This document shows, piece by piece, positions 62,356 to 64,000 of a stretch of 64,000 nucleotides of DNA (the stretch's first letter is position 1; each line of letters starts with the position of its first letter). The notes under the pieces were generated by a model, which saw only the letters and a program-made list of their open reading frames with translations, made no database searches and was not told the DNA's origin. A program made the position numbers and the translations under genes. The stretch comes from Octopus bimaculoides. Lineage: Eukaryota. The stretch lies in NCBI RefSeq assembly GCF_001194135.2, contig NC_068983.1:57882127-57946126 (forward strand). Direction: 5' to 3'.

Positions 62356-63049
62356 NNNNNNNNNNNNNNNNNNNNNNNNNNNNNNNNNNNNNNNNNNNNN
62401 NNNNNNNNNNNNNNNNNNNNNNNNNNNNNNNNNNNNNNNNNNNNNNNNNNNNNNNNNNNNNNNNNNNNNNNNNNNNNNNNNNNNNNNNNNNNNNNNNNNN
62501 NNNNNNNNNNNNNNNNNNNNNNNNNNNNNNNNNNNNNNNNNNNNNNNNNNNNNNNNNNNNNNNNNNNNNNNNNNNNNNNNNNNNNNNNNNNNNNNNNNNN
62601 NNNNNNNNNNNNNNNNNNNNNNNNNNNNNNNNNNNNNNNNNNNNNNNNNNNNNNNNNNNNNNNNNNNNNNNNNNNNNNNNNNNNNNNNNNNNNNNNNNNN
62701 NNNNNNNNNNNNNNNNNNNNNNNNNNNNNNNNNNNNNNNNNNNNNNNNNNNNNNNNNNNNNNNNNNNNNNNNNNNNNNNNNNNNNNNNNNNNNNNNNNNN
62801 NNNNNNNNNNNNNNNNNNNNNNNNNNNNNNNNNNNNNNNNNNNNNNNNNNNNNNNNNNNNNNNNNNNNNNNNNNNNNNNNNNNNNNNNNNNNNNNNNNNN
62901 NNNNNNNNNNNNNNNNNNNNNNNNNNNNNNNNNNNNNNNNNNNNNNNNNNNNNNNNNNNNNNNNNNNNNNNNNNNNNNNNNNNNNNNNNNNNNNNNNNNN
63001 NNNNNNNNNNNNNNNNNNNNNNNNNNNNNNNNNNNNNNNNNNNNNNNNA

Positions 63050-63630
63050 TATATATACATATATATACACACACACACATACGTACATACATACACATGC
63101 GCATAGCGAATGTTTATGTGTGTATGTGTGTGTGTATACATATATTTATACACATGCATACATACATACATTATATATAAAATTGTACACATATGTGCAG
63201 AGACATACACACACATATATTTGTTTATATGCACACAGAATATTTGTATGTGTACACATGCATATACAGATGTAAACACATACACACACATGCATGTATA
63301 TATGTATAAGTGTATATACATATAGAAATACACACATATATATAAATTTACGTATATGTGTATAAGTACACATATATATATTTATACACATACATGCATA
63401 TGTATCCACACACTTTACTTACATACATGTTTGCACCCTCTCTTACTCTCACACGCACGCACACAAAATACATGTGTATATACGTATACATAGATATATA
63501 TATATATACAGAAACGCTTGTGTATATACACAGGTATATAATTATACACATGCATACATATACATTATTTACAGCCATATATAAACTCCCATACATGTAC
63601 ACACACATAAATATACAGAAATATATGCAT
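63050..63630. repeat. Degenerate (AT/AC) dinucleotide low-complexity tract
   Basis: Direct observation. Confidence 0.9.
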
Positions 63631-64000
63631 ACCACAAAACTGATATTTTTTCATGATTTTCATTACCTCTTGTTACCATGTCGTTAACTGTGACCAAACG
63701 GCTAAGTTTGTAATTGTTATGCAAATGACGCTGACGACCAATTAATGAAAAGCACTTGTGTAATATGAGACTTGTCAATTAGAAAATCTAATAAAATCAC
63801 ACAAGACCTATCAGTGAAAATTTGATAAATGAGATTTTTACATGTTTCTTACAACATTCAACAACTAAGTATTATTTAAGTTACAATATTTCAACAACCA
63901 ATTCAATTTGTTCACACAAGAAAACAGCACAGATAATAGGACATAAAATATATTGATTTCAGTCAGGGGAAGGGTGGCAGTAAACTGTGTTTCTCTGCAT

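Overview
AT-rich, repeat-dominated eukaryotic DNA from a gapped short-read assembly: about 20 N-gaps, most flanked by (AT)n/(AC)n microsatellites. The interspersed repeats are ones I recognise as typical of Octopus, so a coleoid cephalopod source is an inference. No complete protein-coding gene is supported, and nearly all ORFs in the track come from microsatellites or N-runs. Supported content: (i) four SINE-like families in many copies (labelled A, B, C and D here), three with tRNA-like heads; (ii) decayed LINE/PLE fragments: Penelope-like RT+GIY-YIG, two RTE, CR1, R4/Dong-like RLE, and an L1/Tx1-like ORF1; (iii) Tc1/mariner-type MITEs and fold-back elements; (iv) a few weak candidate exons. 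The most interesting signal is a non-autonomous family (E). It is built from a tRNA-like Pol III head, an (AAT)n linker and a tail carrying a minimal type I hammerhead ribozyme (intact at 9839-9884), and it recurs in palindromic arrangements, about 1 kb from a Penelope-like relic. Other leads are a pre-miRNA-like hairpin (19810-19873), a U2 snRNA 5' fragment, and a SINE trimer flanked by a single 18-bp duplication. Everything was read by eye; no database search or folding computation was run, and most repeat boundaries are approximate (±10-20 bp).
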